Shown here: piece after piece, positions 23,901 through 36,900 of the stretch
Numbering within the stretch: position 1 is the first letter of the stretch
Layout: each line of letters starts with the position of its first letter
Source: Dipteris shenzhenensis
Taxonomy: Eukaryota
DNA: 64,000 nt
Direction: 5' to 3' (one strand)
NCBI GenBank assembly: GCA_047967505.1
Contig: CM106538.1
Notes under the pieces: generated by a model
Told to the model about the DNA's origin: nothing
The model's database searches: none
Seen by the model: only the letters and a program-made list of their open reading frames with translations
Program-made: the position numbers and the translations under genes

Positions 23901-25447
23901 ATGATCTAGCTTTGCCTCTGCCTTTGCCTCTGCTTCTATCTGAAGCTATGAATGCCTGATCATTAGAATGACCTTTACGTGCTTGAATGGCCTGAGTCCT
24001 GAGTTCTTCACCAAGTAGAACTGGCTGAAGTTCTTCCAGTGTCACAATTTGCCATTGGATGGCAATACTATGGACTAGATTCTTGTATCCCTCTCCTAGT
24101 CCATTCAGGATGACTTGAACCATTTCTGCGGGGTTCATAATCTCTCCTGCTACTGCAACTTGATTGTTGTAGTCTTTGATGCGAAGCACATAAGCATGAC
24201 CGGTTTCACTGCTGTTGCGAAAACTTTGGTTGTTCTGGTTTCTCAAGGTGAGAATCCTGGATGTGTTCTTGGACTTGTAGAGAGCTGCGAACATATCCCA
24301 TGCTTCTTTTGATGTCTTGACTATGTTGAGTTGTCCTAGCATGACATCTTGCACATTTTGCTTGATCAGATGATAGGCATACTTGTCTTTCTTATCCCAT
24401 TTTGCTTGAGCTCAGGCAATGGCAGGATCTGCTAATGGTACGGAAACTGCTTGTGTAGATGTAGATCTGGTTGTAGATTCCGTTGCTGGTGCTATGACAA
24501 CAGATGGAGTAGAGCTATTAGTGGCTGGATTGTCCAATGGTCTAGGTGTAGACCCATCGACATACTCCCATTTGTCCTGAAGCACAAGAATGTCTCCATT
24601 CGGTATTTCCATGTACCATAATTGGAGTTGTCTAACTTAGCAAATGCCTCCAGATTGAGGTTGCTAGTCGACATGGTGCAAGGAATGTACTCAAAAGTGT
24701 CGTGAAAATCTCTGTATGAATCAACTACAAATACACTGACTATGCCAAGCGAAATCTCTGAACTGTCGAAGAAGATAGAACTGCAATATATAAAATCTAA
24801 TATGTATTACAAGGCTTGTGGCAATGATACCGAGAATAGCCAAGGGGCTTTATAAGGCTGAAATGATGTGCACGATGCCGTGAGATAGCCAAATAGGCTT
24901 TACAATGGTGGCATGTGTGTGTGAAATCAAATGTTATCTGCCCACTGAATCAATTTGCAATGCCTCTAAACTCTGAAGTCTGCTCACTATACTGATGAAT
25001 GTAAGGTTTCAGGTAATGTAATGATGTGAAACCATATATGAGCGTATAGACTGACTTCGAGTAGGTACTAGTCGAGAATTTCAGGCATGGCTTAGATTGG
25101 CAACTTGGGGAAATTCAAAGTGTCCCCTCTACGGTGATCTAGCCTACTCTGATCTAGATCTAAACCAATCATCGATCGATGAAAGAATAGCAAATAATTC
25201 TTTTTCTTTTGTTCTTTTTAAGTGCTGGGTCAGATGCGTTGATGTAGAGGCAAATGTGCATGAAGGAAGTGGTTTTGTCGGCGAGGCTCAAATGTGAGTG
25301 TAACTTGCACCAAAATGTGCATGTGATGTGACAAGTGCGTAGAACATGAAAAATGCTTACTCAATCACTCTCAATCAATCTCGATCTATCACTCTCTCTC
25401 ACGTGGATCACAATGCCTCAGCGGAAGGCAAGGTAGCTCTGATACCA

Positions 25448-25696
25448 TGACAAAATATGAAGAGGGGAGAGGAGAAGAGTGGAGATGGGGAGAAAGGGCA
25501 TAGCTAGAGAGCACACCACAAATGACTAAATGTACACTAGATTTAGTTGAAAAAATAGAATATATACAAACCCTTTTAGGGTTAGGGTTAGGGGATCTAA
25601 CCCTTTCCTTTATAGCACTCTATAAGGTTAGTGCTATGCACATATGATCACGTGATGGTGCTATGCACACATGATGTTGAGCGTGAACTCTCAACA
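25448..25696 (-). repeat. Copia A 5' LTR
   Basis: Adjacent to the iMet PBS; matches 14727-14983. Confidence 0.93.
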
Positions 25697-25701
25697 AGTA
25701 G

Positions 25702-27740
25702 TGGCACAAGCTCGACTCACTCTAATTCACAAAGATGAAGAGCTCTAGGATTGCAAAGACAAGCTTGAAGAAATGAAACAAATTTTGGCAGTATGTGCCT
25801 TTAGCATTGACGAGCTTGCAAGGGAATGCAGAATCTTAAAGGACCAACTTCCTACCGCTCAAGAGGCTAGCACTTCACAAGCACCCAATCATCCAATACC
25901 ATTGAAGACATTCCTCAACAAGCAAAGGACAGCTTGCAAATGAGAAAGCTTAAGGAGGCATATACAACCATCTACCATCAATACAAAGAAAAAATGAAGA
26001 TGCACTCCCAAAAGATAATCATCTCCAAGCTTGAACTCCAATTGCTAGTGCACAACAATGAGGCATTGGAGGACAACACCAATGAAACCCCACTTCAATG
26101 CACAACGGTGGTGTACCAAGAGCTTGTGGCTGCTCTACAAGTGGAAGATCACCTCAATTCACGCGTGCTTATCCAATGGAAGCAACTCCAAATCAGGATC
26201 ATATCTACTCATCCAACAATCAAATGGAAACGTTCCATTGGGACCAAAACCTTGTGCATAATTTGCCAAGACTTGTCCAAAGATGAGAAAATTTATTTTG
26301 CCTGTCTACACATGCCAGGTTTATAACACTCAAGACGGATGCTTTCATTGCATATGTATGCCCCATGGGTAGTCCTCCCCTCAGGGTTATTGCAGGTTTG
26401 TTGCCATTGCTATAAAGGCCATCCCTATTATTTTCAAGGCACGACATAAATGACATCCCACCCATGCAGCTGATCATCCCATCACACCAACAAAAAGAAG
26501 TCTCAGAAGATGATAGGGCCTATCTCACATCCAACTTCCCATATCTAACCACTCTTTCTACCAACATCATAACCTCACTTACCTTTGCTGCCACCACCCT
26601 CTTAACCTTCCCCGAGCTCCATCCTAACATCTTTTCCCTCCATCATCTCTTTGCTCATGCCTCTCACCATTTTCAACTAACCCAATAGTCACAAACTTAT
26701 GAGCCCCTCACACCTAACTTTTTCCCCTCCCTTGCTAATCCTACCCTTGAGGATTACCAAGATGCTCAAACCATTTGCCTAGTTCTTCTCCCCTTCCCTC
26801 TGCTCCCCCTTTCGCAACTAACACTCTGCCATATTTCTCCCCCATGTCCCCAGATTCTCTCCTTGCCCTGTCATCACCTCCGACACTACTTGTGCTTCCA
26901 TCAGCACAAAATGACACAGTATTTGATTTTGAATATCAGGATCCAGATAATCCAATTCGTACGCCCATGCCAAGTTCCAATGATGGGTATGATTTTGATG
27001 AGATACCACTTCCCACTAACCCCATTGAGGAATTTTGGAGCACATATCCTAATATGAAAATTCGAGGTGGATGGACCCTGGACAACTTTCCTACCAACCT
27101 TCGTCAGTGTCAAATTAGTGAAGGTTGGATTAGCAAGTTGGATCCACAACTTGATTGGTGCCGCCCCAAGCTCTTTGATGGAATCTTCTTGAAGGAGTAC
27201 CTATGCGCACCTCCATGTCTCAAAACCCATCCCAAGTTCTATGTAGTTCCACGGCGTAAAAAATGGGAAGCCAACATACACACTTTGGCTAAATATCGAA
27301 CCATTAATTGGCTAATGATCGAACCATACTCTAGTGTAGAATGGAATATCCAAGGCACAATGGTCCGAGCACTTCAGCAGCATGAGCAAATAATGCATGG
27401 CAACATTGATCGCTTCCTTTGCCTAAGTGCTATATTCTGTAAATATTGGAATTCATTCTGGAGGTCCCATGTTACCTCAATTCCCATTTGCCTCCACTCA
27501 ATTTCAATCCCAATGAATGGGTCGATGCTTAGATTATAAGCTGACTCTATCAAAGAGTGATCTTCTTAGAAGCATGCCACATATCTCTGTTCGAGCAAAT
27601 GGTGGATACAGGCCTGAGCAAAAATTGTATGGTGCCAAGGCTTTATAGTAGGATTGACTGGCACGACACAAGTTCCACAACCATTGGATTAAAGGCATGG
27701 CAACCTAGGTACGTGCTCGCAATAAGCCATAACCCAAGGA
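25702..27740 (+). pseudogene. Gypsy copy 1 extra 3' ORFs (3' part), decayed
   Basis: Homologous to 53974-56034. Confidence 0.85.
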
Positions 27741-27764
27741 TGGGTAATAAAATGGATCCGAGAG

Positions 27765-28618
27765 GCTAGAAATAATCCCTCTTAGAAATCCAACTTGCAT
27801 GTTCTACATGCAAGTTCTACATGCAACTCCTACATGCAAGTTGTACATACGAGTTCTACATGCAAGTTCTACATACGACTTCTACATACAACTCCTACAT
27901 GCAACTCCTACATGTGAGATGTACATGCGAGTTCTACATGCAAGTTCTACATGCGAGTTGTACATGCGAGTTGTACATGCAAGTTCTACATATGACTTCT
28001 ACGTACAACTCCTACATGTAACTCCTACATGTGAGTTCTACATGCAAGTTCTATATACGACTTCTACATGCAACTTCTATATGCAAGTTCTACATGTAGA
28101 GAGAGAATGTGTTACAATTCCTACATGCAGAGAGAGAAGCTCTCCAACTTGTATAAATACCCCATAATGGAATGAAGCTCAGACTCTTTGGGGCATTGTG
28201 TTGAGTTCTACTTTGGTATTCCAAGCAATTGTCTCAAGTGTCCATGCTTCCTTGCACTCCATGTCCAAAAGCATGTCCTAACCTTGCAACTCCTCCTCTA
28301 ACCTTGGAACCTCCTTCTAAACCTTGGAACTCCTTCTAACCCTGGAACCTCCTAAACCTTGGAACTCCTAACCCTGGAACCTCCTTCTAAACTTTGGAAC
28401 TCCTTCTAACCCTGGAACCCCTTCTGTACCTTCGAACCTCCTTCTAACCTTGGAACCTCCTTCTAACCCTTAAACTCCTCCTAAACACTGTAACCCCCAA
28501 TGAAGGTGAAATCCTTCATTACCTCAACCATGATGATACACATTCCTTTTACACATGCATGCACTATGTTTGCTTACCACACTTAAGCCTACATCTCTCA
28601 ATGGAACACGACTCGAGG
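27765..28618 (+). repeat. Divergent, truncated 3' LTR of Gypsy copy 1 with a 13-bp minisatellite and AACCCTGGAAC-type repeats
   Basis: 28130-28618 aligns with the copy-2 LTRs (TATAAATACCCCATAATGG...GACTCGAGG). Its 5' part has (TTCTACATGCAAG)n. Confidence 0.75.
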
Positions 28619-29010
28619 ACCCTCATGATTGCCCATACTTTGGCTAATATTTATGGATCAGTTTTAGAGAGGGAGCTCAACAATCATACAAAAGCTCTAG
28701 GGAAACAACATTCTACTCTAGATCACATCTTCACTCTGAGGGCTATCATTGAGGCGGCGAGATCTAGACACTAGAAGGTCTACACATGCTTTGTAGACTT
28801 TTGGAAGGCTTTTGACACTATCCCATGATCCCACATGTGATTAGGAGACTGTAGGAGCTGCAAATTATAAAGACACTGATACGGGAAGTGATGAGCCTAT
28901 ATGAGTCAGTCAGAGGCAGAGTTCATGCCCCAAATGGTCTATTAGATTGGGTTGGGAGTACGATCGTAGTACTTCAGGGCTGCCCCCTCTCACTGACCCT
29001 TCTATACTTG
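28615..29010 (+). pseudogene. Non-LTR (LINE) reverse transcriptase fragment
   Basis: STLDHIFTLRAIIE, CFVDFWKAFDTIP, QGCPLS motifs. Confidence 0.85.
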
Positions 29011-29290
29011 CAAGTCCTTACAACCAAGCTGAGTACTCGACAATCATTTTTGGGCTACAAAAGGCACAAGAACATCACATCAAGCAACTTGAGGTGCAAG
29101 GAGATTCTCAACTCGTGTGTGAACAAGTTAGTGGAAGGTGGAAGGTGCAGAGGGAAGGCTTGGTTCCACAACATCAACAAGCATTGGAACTTTGAAAAAC
29201 AATTTGAAGAGGTTAAAATTCAACGTATCCCTCAATCTCAAAATTAAGTTGCTGATCTCTTGGCACGTGAAGCTTGTACTTCGATCACGC
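29010..29290 (+). pseudogene. Archaeal-type RNase HI fragment
   Basis: NQAEY..II.GL..A, LEVQGDSQLV..QV.G.W, IP.SQN*.AD.LA motifs. Confidence 0.8.
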
Positions 29291-29636
29291 ATAAAACGAG
29301 TGGAAGCACTGCCCCAACAAAGCTGCAAGCCACAAATGAGGGTGATCATTTGTAAGGAATGCAAAGGTTGTGGTCATCATGAAACTGAGTGTTGTGCATA
29401 TTTTATACAAGTTTACCGACTTCAAAACATCATCAGAAAGGTCCTTAAGGACATTGCTCAAAAGAAGGATGCCAAACCGCACACCTATTGAAGAAATAGC
29501 ATGGCAACTACAAGAACTGGAAGAAGCTGAAGGTGATGTGCAAGCTCTCCAACTACTAACATTTGTCATGGCATTCTTGTTTGTCTTGATGAACAATCTC
29601 ATGCAACACCGTGTCTCTAACCCTTGCCTGTAAAGA

Positions 29637-31135
29637 TGACAAAAAATGAAGAGAGGACAGAAGAAGAGTGGATATGATGAGAGAGGGCACAGCTAGAGAG
29701 CACACCACAAATGACTAACTATACACTAGATTTAGTTGAAAAAATAGAATATATACAAACCCATTTAGGGTTAGGGTTAGGGGATCTAACCCTTTCCTTT
29801 ATAGCACTCTATAAGGTTAGTGCTATGCACATATGATCACATGATGGTGTTATGGACACATGATCACATGATGTTGAGCGTGAACTCTCAACACGTTCCC
29901 TCAAGATCAACATCATGAAGCAGGCCTTCCCTCAAGATGATGATTCTAGGGAATCGAAGAAGGACTGAGCATTACATTTCATCACCCCTCTTTAATGGGA
30001 ATGTCCTTTCACTGCATCAAACCAAGAGCTAGTCGGTGTTTCTCGAATAGCTCTTTATTGAGTTGTTTGGTAAAGATGTCTGCAACATTCTCTTTACTAT
30101 CACAATGCTGTAGTGTGATGTCACCAAGTAACACTCTTTCTCTGATGAAGTGCTCTCTAACATCAATGTGCTTTGTCTTGGAGTGATATACTGGATTCTT
30201 GGCCAATGATTGAGCCGATTGATTATCACAGTATATTGTTGTTGGCTTTGACTCATCAAAGTAATCTATTTCTGACAATAGTCTTCTGAGCCATATAGCC
30301 TCACATGCACCTGTAGTGAGTGCTCTATATTTTACTTCAGTCAAAGACAAAGAAACAATTGGCTGTTTGTTTGAAAACCATGATATAGCACCTCAACCAA
30401 GGAAAAATGCATATCCCTGTGTCGATCTCCTAGTCTCATGATCTCTGGCATAGTCAGTGTCACAGTATCCATGCAACCATGAATGACTTCCTCTATATTC
30501 TATCCCAAACTGTCTTGTACCTCTGATGTATCTCAAGGCTCTTTTGGCTGCATTCCAGTGAGACTGTTTTGGATTTGCCATAAACTGTGCTAGTGAGCTT
30601 AGTGCATAACAAATATCTAGCCGTGTGATTGTCAAATATATAAGAGATTCGATGAGTTGCCTGTAGTACCTGTCATTGACTGTAGGCTTTTTTGAATCTT
30701 TAGTAAGTTTCAAACGCTGTTCCATGGGAGTGGCTGCAACCTTGCAATCTGCCATATGAAACTTCTTCAGGAGATTGTTAACATACTTGAGTTGACTCAT
30801 GAATGTGCTATTTGAATCTCTCCAGAACTCAATTCCAAGACAATAATGCATGTCTAAGATCTTTCATGTCGAACTCTGCAGATAAGTCTTGTTTTAATTT
30901 TCTGATGAAGCTATCCTTGCTTCCTATCACAATTAGATCATCTACATACAAAAGTGTAATAGTAATGTCTTCCCCTTGAACTTTGTAGTAGAGAGTATGA
31001 TCTGCATTGGATTTCATGTATCCCAGATCAACAAAATACTTGTCGATTTCACTGTACAAACTTCTAGGTGCTTGCTTTAAGCCGTAGAGACTTTTCTTGA
31101 GATGGCAAACCTTATTCTCCTTTTTTGGTTCAACA
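29637..31135 (-). mobile_element. Copia family A, second copy (3' LTR 29637-29893 plus RT/RNase H end), cut by the MULE
   Basis: LTR matches 14727-14983. Internal region matches 14984-15587 + 20984-21568, without the Copia B insertion. Confidence 0.92.
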
Positions 31136-33454
31136 AGGGAAAATTTTATTGTGAGCTTTTTAATGCGAGCTTTTTTTGAAATTTATCAAAGTTTGCGAGC
31201 TTTTTTAGAGTCCCATAAAAAAAGACCTACTAATCAAAAAATAACAAAGTAATTACTTATCCTGTATCTATGGATTTATCCTAGGAAATACCAAAGCAAT
31301 TAGCAATTCTATGGACTAAAAAAGACAAAGCTATTAATCCAAGTAATTTATATTGCAAGTCAGTAACAAATGATATTATATATAAAAATGAGCCATCACA
31401 ATACTAGCAAATATGTATTATGCATTCAAGTCTATGGATTGTTGCTAAGGCAACAAAGGTTTAATGAAACTTCAAGTAAGGATATGCCAATTTTCATGTA
31501 GTTCTATTATTTGAAAAGTCCAAAGCAATTAGTAAAATGTTCCACATTAAGAACATTGTGTTGGCTCAACACAACAAATTTTGAGCAAAAAATAGTGTCA
31601 CATCAAAAAGTGGGCTATCATAATACCAACCAAGTTTATATTTTGCATTCAGGTCTATGGATTGATCCTAGGTCAGCTAAGAACTGATGAAACATCCATA
31701 GTGGAAAGGGTTGGTTGATGAATAAGCATGTGTTGATTTGGATCCAATCCCAATACACAGATGAAGATGTAATAGATATGTTTGCATGCCAGGTAAGGTT
31801 TTTGACCCAACTCTCTTTTTTGAAAATTCGGACATGTACACATGGGTTTAGTCTTGATGTGCACATCGTAAGACATCCGAGCCTTGTCAGACCTTGTTGT
31901 TCTCAAATGGAAAATACTATGATGAAGAAGCTCCACTGTCATTTCTCCCATGACAACAGCGTGCATAGATTGAGCACTAGCTATTCTTTTTGTAGCCTCC
32001 TTAGATATGCCATGCCTCCATTTTGTGGTTCTTACCAATGTGTGTTGAGCTAAATTCCTTGGTATGGATGCCGACCCTCCATGTGCATCACAAAAATTAG
32101 TTGGCATCGGTGCTGATCCTTGAGGTACATTTGGTGTCGTCCAATTTACATGGGGTTGATCCACTATTTGCAGTCTAAAACCAGCCTTGATGAGATTGCC
32201 TATCTCCTCACTTGTGATGTTTGTTTCCACATCCACCTTCCACACAGATGGACGTTCAGGAACATGCATGATATTATGATCTAGGTGCCATGTATGAGTT
32301 ATATCATCATTACAAAACCACATCCATTGTGCTTTTGGTCCTCCTACCCCTGGATGCCACCGCTCAGAGTAGAAATAGGGTGCCACCACTCCTTGTGAAC
32401 TACTTTGTATATATTGATTACACTTAACCTTTCCATCTATGAATCCAAGACACTTCACTTTAGAGTTTTTGGAGGTCCTTCAAATTTCCCAAAAGGTACG
32501 GTGGATAGGCACCTCAACAATAGAGAGGCCACTAGGAAGGCCTCCTTGTCTCATAGGTGGAGCCATTGGGGCTTGTTCTCTTGTGGGTATGATCTCATTC
32601 TGAGCTCCTTCAGCTTCCCCTACATTGCCATGTTTTTTCCATGATGTTTTTGTAGACTCCCCTTGAACTCCACCTTGCTCCATTGTGGAAGCCCTAACAT
32701 CCACTGGTTGGGTATTACCTTGTGGTTTTATTAAATGCCAATCTCCACCTTCTGTCTCGAACCTAATTTTTCTCAGTCGCCCTCTTTGCTTATGATCTCT
32801 GATCTCCACCATCACATACCCTGGCTTATGTGAGGTGTTTTCTAAATGTATACTTGATGACTTGCTTCTCTTTCTTTGGATTGTTACCTTATCCCCATGT
32901 AATGGTCTTGGTTCTTCATACATTGGTGTCCCTGCAACTATTTCATGCACCATTTGTGCAACTTGTGCTAGTGAAGGTGTACTCCTTGAGGCCACTCTTT
33001 GCATCAAGGCTTCCAAGTTAGGACCATCCCCAACATGCCTTCTAATCATATATGCATATTGTTTGGCACTTTGTAATAGGGCATTTGCCATGTCCGAGAT
33101 GCAACAATTATATAATTGTATCTTTGTCTTAAACCCTTCTCCTACTAGCCAACTACCATGAATGCTTTCAGCTACATTTGACCTTGGAGTGTGTGCCTCC
33201 TCCAAGGAACTCTTTGTTACCTGTGGTTAAAAAGGAGGTAATTAGATTGGCTTATTACATTTATTTAGCTTACTATATTTATCTACAAAATACATACCGC
33301 GCTCATGAGATTTTCCCAATGGGCAATCCACACATCCCACCAACTAAACCATATGTCCATTGAAGGAATGTCGGCCTCACGGACATGTCCTGCATGCCAC
33401 CACTTCCGAATGAGCTTTGCTTGGTTGGTAGCTTCTTGCTTTGTCTTACATAAT

Positions 33455-33920
33455 TGTTAGCCCTCTCTACTCTGAAGACTAACTCGAAACGCACTACTGC
33501 GACAGATTTACATGCGTAATCGAACTTCAGAACTGCGTATGAAAATTCATAGAGTAGAACAGTGATCGACAGAATCATTCATGATAAAACAATAAGATAG
33601 ATGCAATAGAATATCTGTATTACACTTCTCCGAGCAGTACAACACCGTACTCTCTGATACATAACAATGTTCCTCTTCTGATCACACTGATCCTTGCTCC
33701 GATCCTCATCAATGAGCCCCCTGAATGATCGCTCTCTTCTCTTTTATCTAACCGGCACACATAACTCCTTCACGGTTGCCGTGACGGTTGCCGTGACTCG
33801 TCAGTTCTCCGCCTGGTCCTAGAACTTCCGTCTTTTCATATCTCACTATAAACTAGATACAACGTATTAATGATAATAATCTAAGGACTCCCCCCCTAGT
33901 TCCTGCTTTTGCCCTTAACA
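33455..33920 (-). repeat. 3' LTR of the gag-protease element
   Basis: TG..CA, direct repeat of 37311-37776. Confidence 0.95.
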
Positions 33921-36900
33921 CTTGGCACTCCCGGTGAATCGGATTCCGGATCCGCATCCGAACCCACCGGTTCTCCGCTACGGTTCATCCTCGACGTCGC
34001 CACCGTCATCGTCCGCCACCGCCGCTGCTGCCGCTGGAACTGCTGGAGCCGCCGGCGCCGGTACTTGTATTGCCGGAGCCGCTTGCGCCGGTCGAAGTAA
34101 AGGTAGCTGCTGCGGGTTGAGAGCATATCTGTGTAGTCCCAGGCGAACACGTCTTTGAAGGATTTCAGCAATGTCTCCAATTTTCCCCGAAATCCTTTAT
34201 CGAGCTTCGCACTGACACGGACGTTCTTTGGCTCCTCCTCCGTCTCGAGGTTAAGATCCAGCAGCTCGTCTTCTTTGACCCTCCGCGAGCGACGGAGTTC
34301 CTGCTCGAAAACTCTTTCCGCCTCCGCCACTCCCGCTTCGTCCGGCATGTCTCCTGTGCCTTCCGGTAAACTCCCTTCGACTGGTTCTTTCGTGGAACTG
34401 GATGACTCCTGCGTAGCCGAGGGAATCTGATGCTGATATTGCTTTAAAACGGCAACCACATCGACCTCGAACAAGCTTACCAGCTCCGTATTCCTACTGA
34501 AGTAGTCATCCTCCTCTTCGACCCCCATTCCGTCCATCATATGGATACCTTCCGCCATCGTCGGTCGGAATGGTGTCCTCAGCCCTTGTTTGGTATGTAC
34601 CGAGAGCTTCAGCTTCTTTTTTCCTTTCCGAATGGTGATGCGGTCTGATTGCCAGTCTTGTTTCACACGGGCCTGCCGCAACCACGGTCTTCCGAGCAAT
34701 AACGGGTATGACCCGCTAATATCCTCCATCCGGAGAATCACCGCAGCGATTTCGAACTTCACGCCGCAAACCTCCATTTTCAATCCACGGAGCAATCCTA
34801 ACGGCTGCACTCTCCGTTGGTCTGCCATCCGAACGGCGAAGGGTGCTGATTCCCATTTTGTGATACCCAATGGCACCAGCATTTGTTCGGACAGGATGTT
34901 GACCCCAGACCCTCCGTCCAGCAACACCCCTCCCACACGGCTGTTCTCCAGTGTTACGGAAATTACCGGGACCGCTTCGTCAAAAACAGGAGGCTGTACT
35001 TCCGCTTCAGGCTTTGCAGATCCGTCTGACGACACTTCCATTGTTACCGCTTCCATCTCCGACTCCATCGCCCTGACTGGTTCCGTCAATTGTTTGATGA
35101 GAGAACTCCGGAAATTGGGTACCAATGCTAACAATTGCTCCATTGTCATGTGTATTTGCTGTTTCCGCAAATCCTGCCATAAATCATATGGTTCAACACC
35201 CTCCTCGCCGGTCATCAGGCTGTCCTTCTGACTGGTAGGTAGACAAGTCGCTTCTGGCTGCTCTCCTTGCAGGCGCCTTGCCACCTTCGCACCATTCTCC
35301 GTCACCGAGACTGCCTTGTCCGCGCTCGGCCTAGGTAACACCGTTGGGGTTTTCTGGACCCATTCACCGACCGTCGACCGCACCTTTTGTTGTGCCTGCC
35401 AGTCCAACGCCGTAGGTCTCCCCTTCTCTTGCGGGGCCTTGTATTCCCGCACCTTTTCCTGGGATCGTGTGACCACGAGCACATCTCCGCTCGCACTTCC
35501 TCCCACTTTGCCTTCAACAAGGACACCCGCCGGTACTTCCGGTACTTCTTCGGACGTCGGACTAGGCTCCTTGCTATCCTGTTGCTGACTGGCATCATCG
35601 CATTCGATAATCAGAACCGCATTCACTGCTGGTGTGGACTTGCCTTCTCCGGATCCCCGGATTGCTTCCTTTTCCACCTTGTGGCGCTTGAATAATTCGC
35701 AATCTACCTTTCGATGTCCGGGTTGATTGCAATAAAAACATAGGAACGTCCGTTCCCCTGCTGGTTCATCTGCACCTGTTCCAGCCGTTCTCGGCCGCCA
35801 AGGTCTTCTCGCCGGTGCGGCTGGTACCGCGGCTGGTGCCGCAACTACCGCCGCCACCGCTGGTGTCGGGGCTATTCGTGCGTTATAGCGGCAGATCTCC
35901 GTGGTATGCGTCGCTGTTTGGCAAATCGCACACCACCGCTCATTCAAACCGCATTCCTCTGCTAAGTGTCCTGCATTCCGGCACCGATTACACCAAGTAT
36001 CCTTGCGAACTTTTGAAGAGGACCCTATTCCACTATCCCGGCTTTTGGCTCCGGCAGCAGATCCTTCCGGAAATGACTTCCCTGCCGTTTTTCCAGCCTT
36101 CCGCCTCATGGAACGTTTGTCCTCCTCCTCATCCGACTGATCCGACTCCTCCTCATTATCGGTATCGGAGTCTCCCTCAGCCTCCTCATACTTCACTTTT
36201 CCTTTCCTTCCCTTGGAAGTAAACAGAACTTGTTCCGCCCTCACCGCTGCTTGGACGACTTCTTCCAATGAAAGAGCTTCCAGATCCAACGATGCCAGGG
36301 ACCTTTTCAATCCTTTATTCAGCCCCTCCATGAAGTAAGCATTTTGGATGGGGACTGCCGGGGTAGTTGCTGCATTGAGGCGGCGGATCAACGACCGAAA
36401 CCTGGCCGCATACGCCTCCACTTCTTGGTTCTTCTGTTCCAGTTTCCCCAGTTTGGCCAGGACATGAACACGGGTCTTGTCCTCCCGAAACCGGAGCAAA
36501 AAAGCATCCCGCAGTAGATCAAACGTGGCGAAATGGGTAGCTCCATATTGCGCGATCCATACTGCCGCCTGCTTCTGCAGTGTCGGGATGAAAGTCGCCA
36601 TCTTCATAAGATCTGTCGCCTGCACTGGTGGAGCCGTATTCACCATCCATGCCATCTCAAATGACAGTATATGTGCATCCGCATCCTCCTTATCCCGTCC
36701 CGAAAACTTGGGGTACTTCACCGTCATCCTGGGTACCAGTGGTGGAATAGCCGCGCTACTTACCGCCGGAACTCCACCCCCGCCTCCGCCTCCACCGCCT
36801 CCACCTCCCCTACCGGGATCTGGTGACGGACCTGGGGCTCCGCTTCCTGCAGGCACACCACCCCTCCGTCTCCTGGGACTCGGTGGTGGGGAATTCCGCA

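Larger units (their letters stand above)
15108..24674 (-). pseudogene. Copia A gag-pol, fragmented and split by Copia B
   Basis: KLDNSNYGTW; CNYCHKFGHYERDC knuckle; IDSGASSHM protease; FIDDYSR integrase; YIDDLIV RT; CDNQSA RNase H. Confidence 0.92.
14727..25696 (-). mobile_element. Copia family A, full-length but decayed; contains nested Copia B
   Basis: LTRs 14727-14983 and 25448-25696. TSD GGTAG/AGTAG (4/5). iMet PBS 25436-25447. PPT CTTGAGGGAAGG next to 14984. Confidence 0.93.
997..28618 (+). mobile_element. Gypsy (Athila/Tat-like) copy 1, decayed; host of nested insertions. Own segments are 997-5522, 12852-14726 and 25697-28618
   Basis: Colinear with the complete copy at 47540-57020 across all three segments once the insertions are removed. 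Confidence 0.9.

Noticed and set aside
27799-28167. Repetitive ORFs
   Set aside because: Translation of a 13-bp minisatellite.
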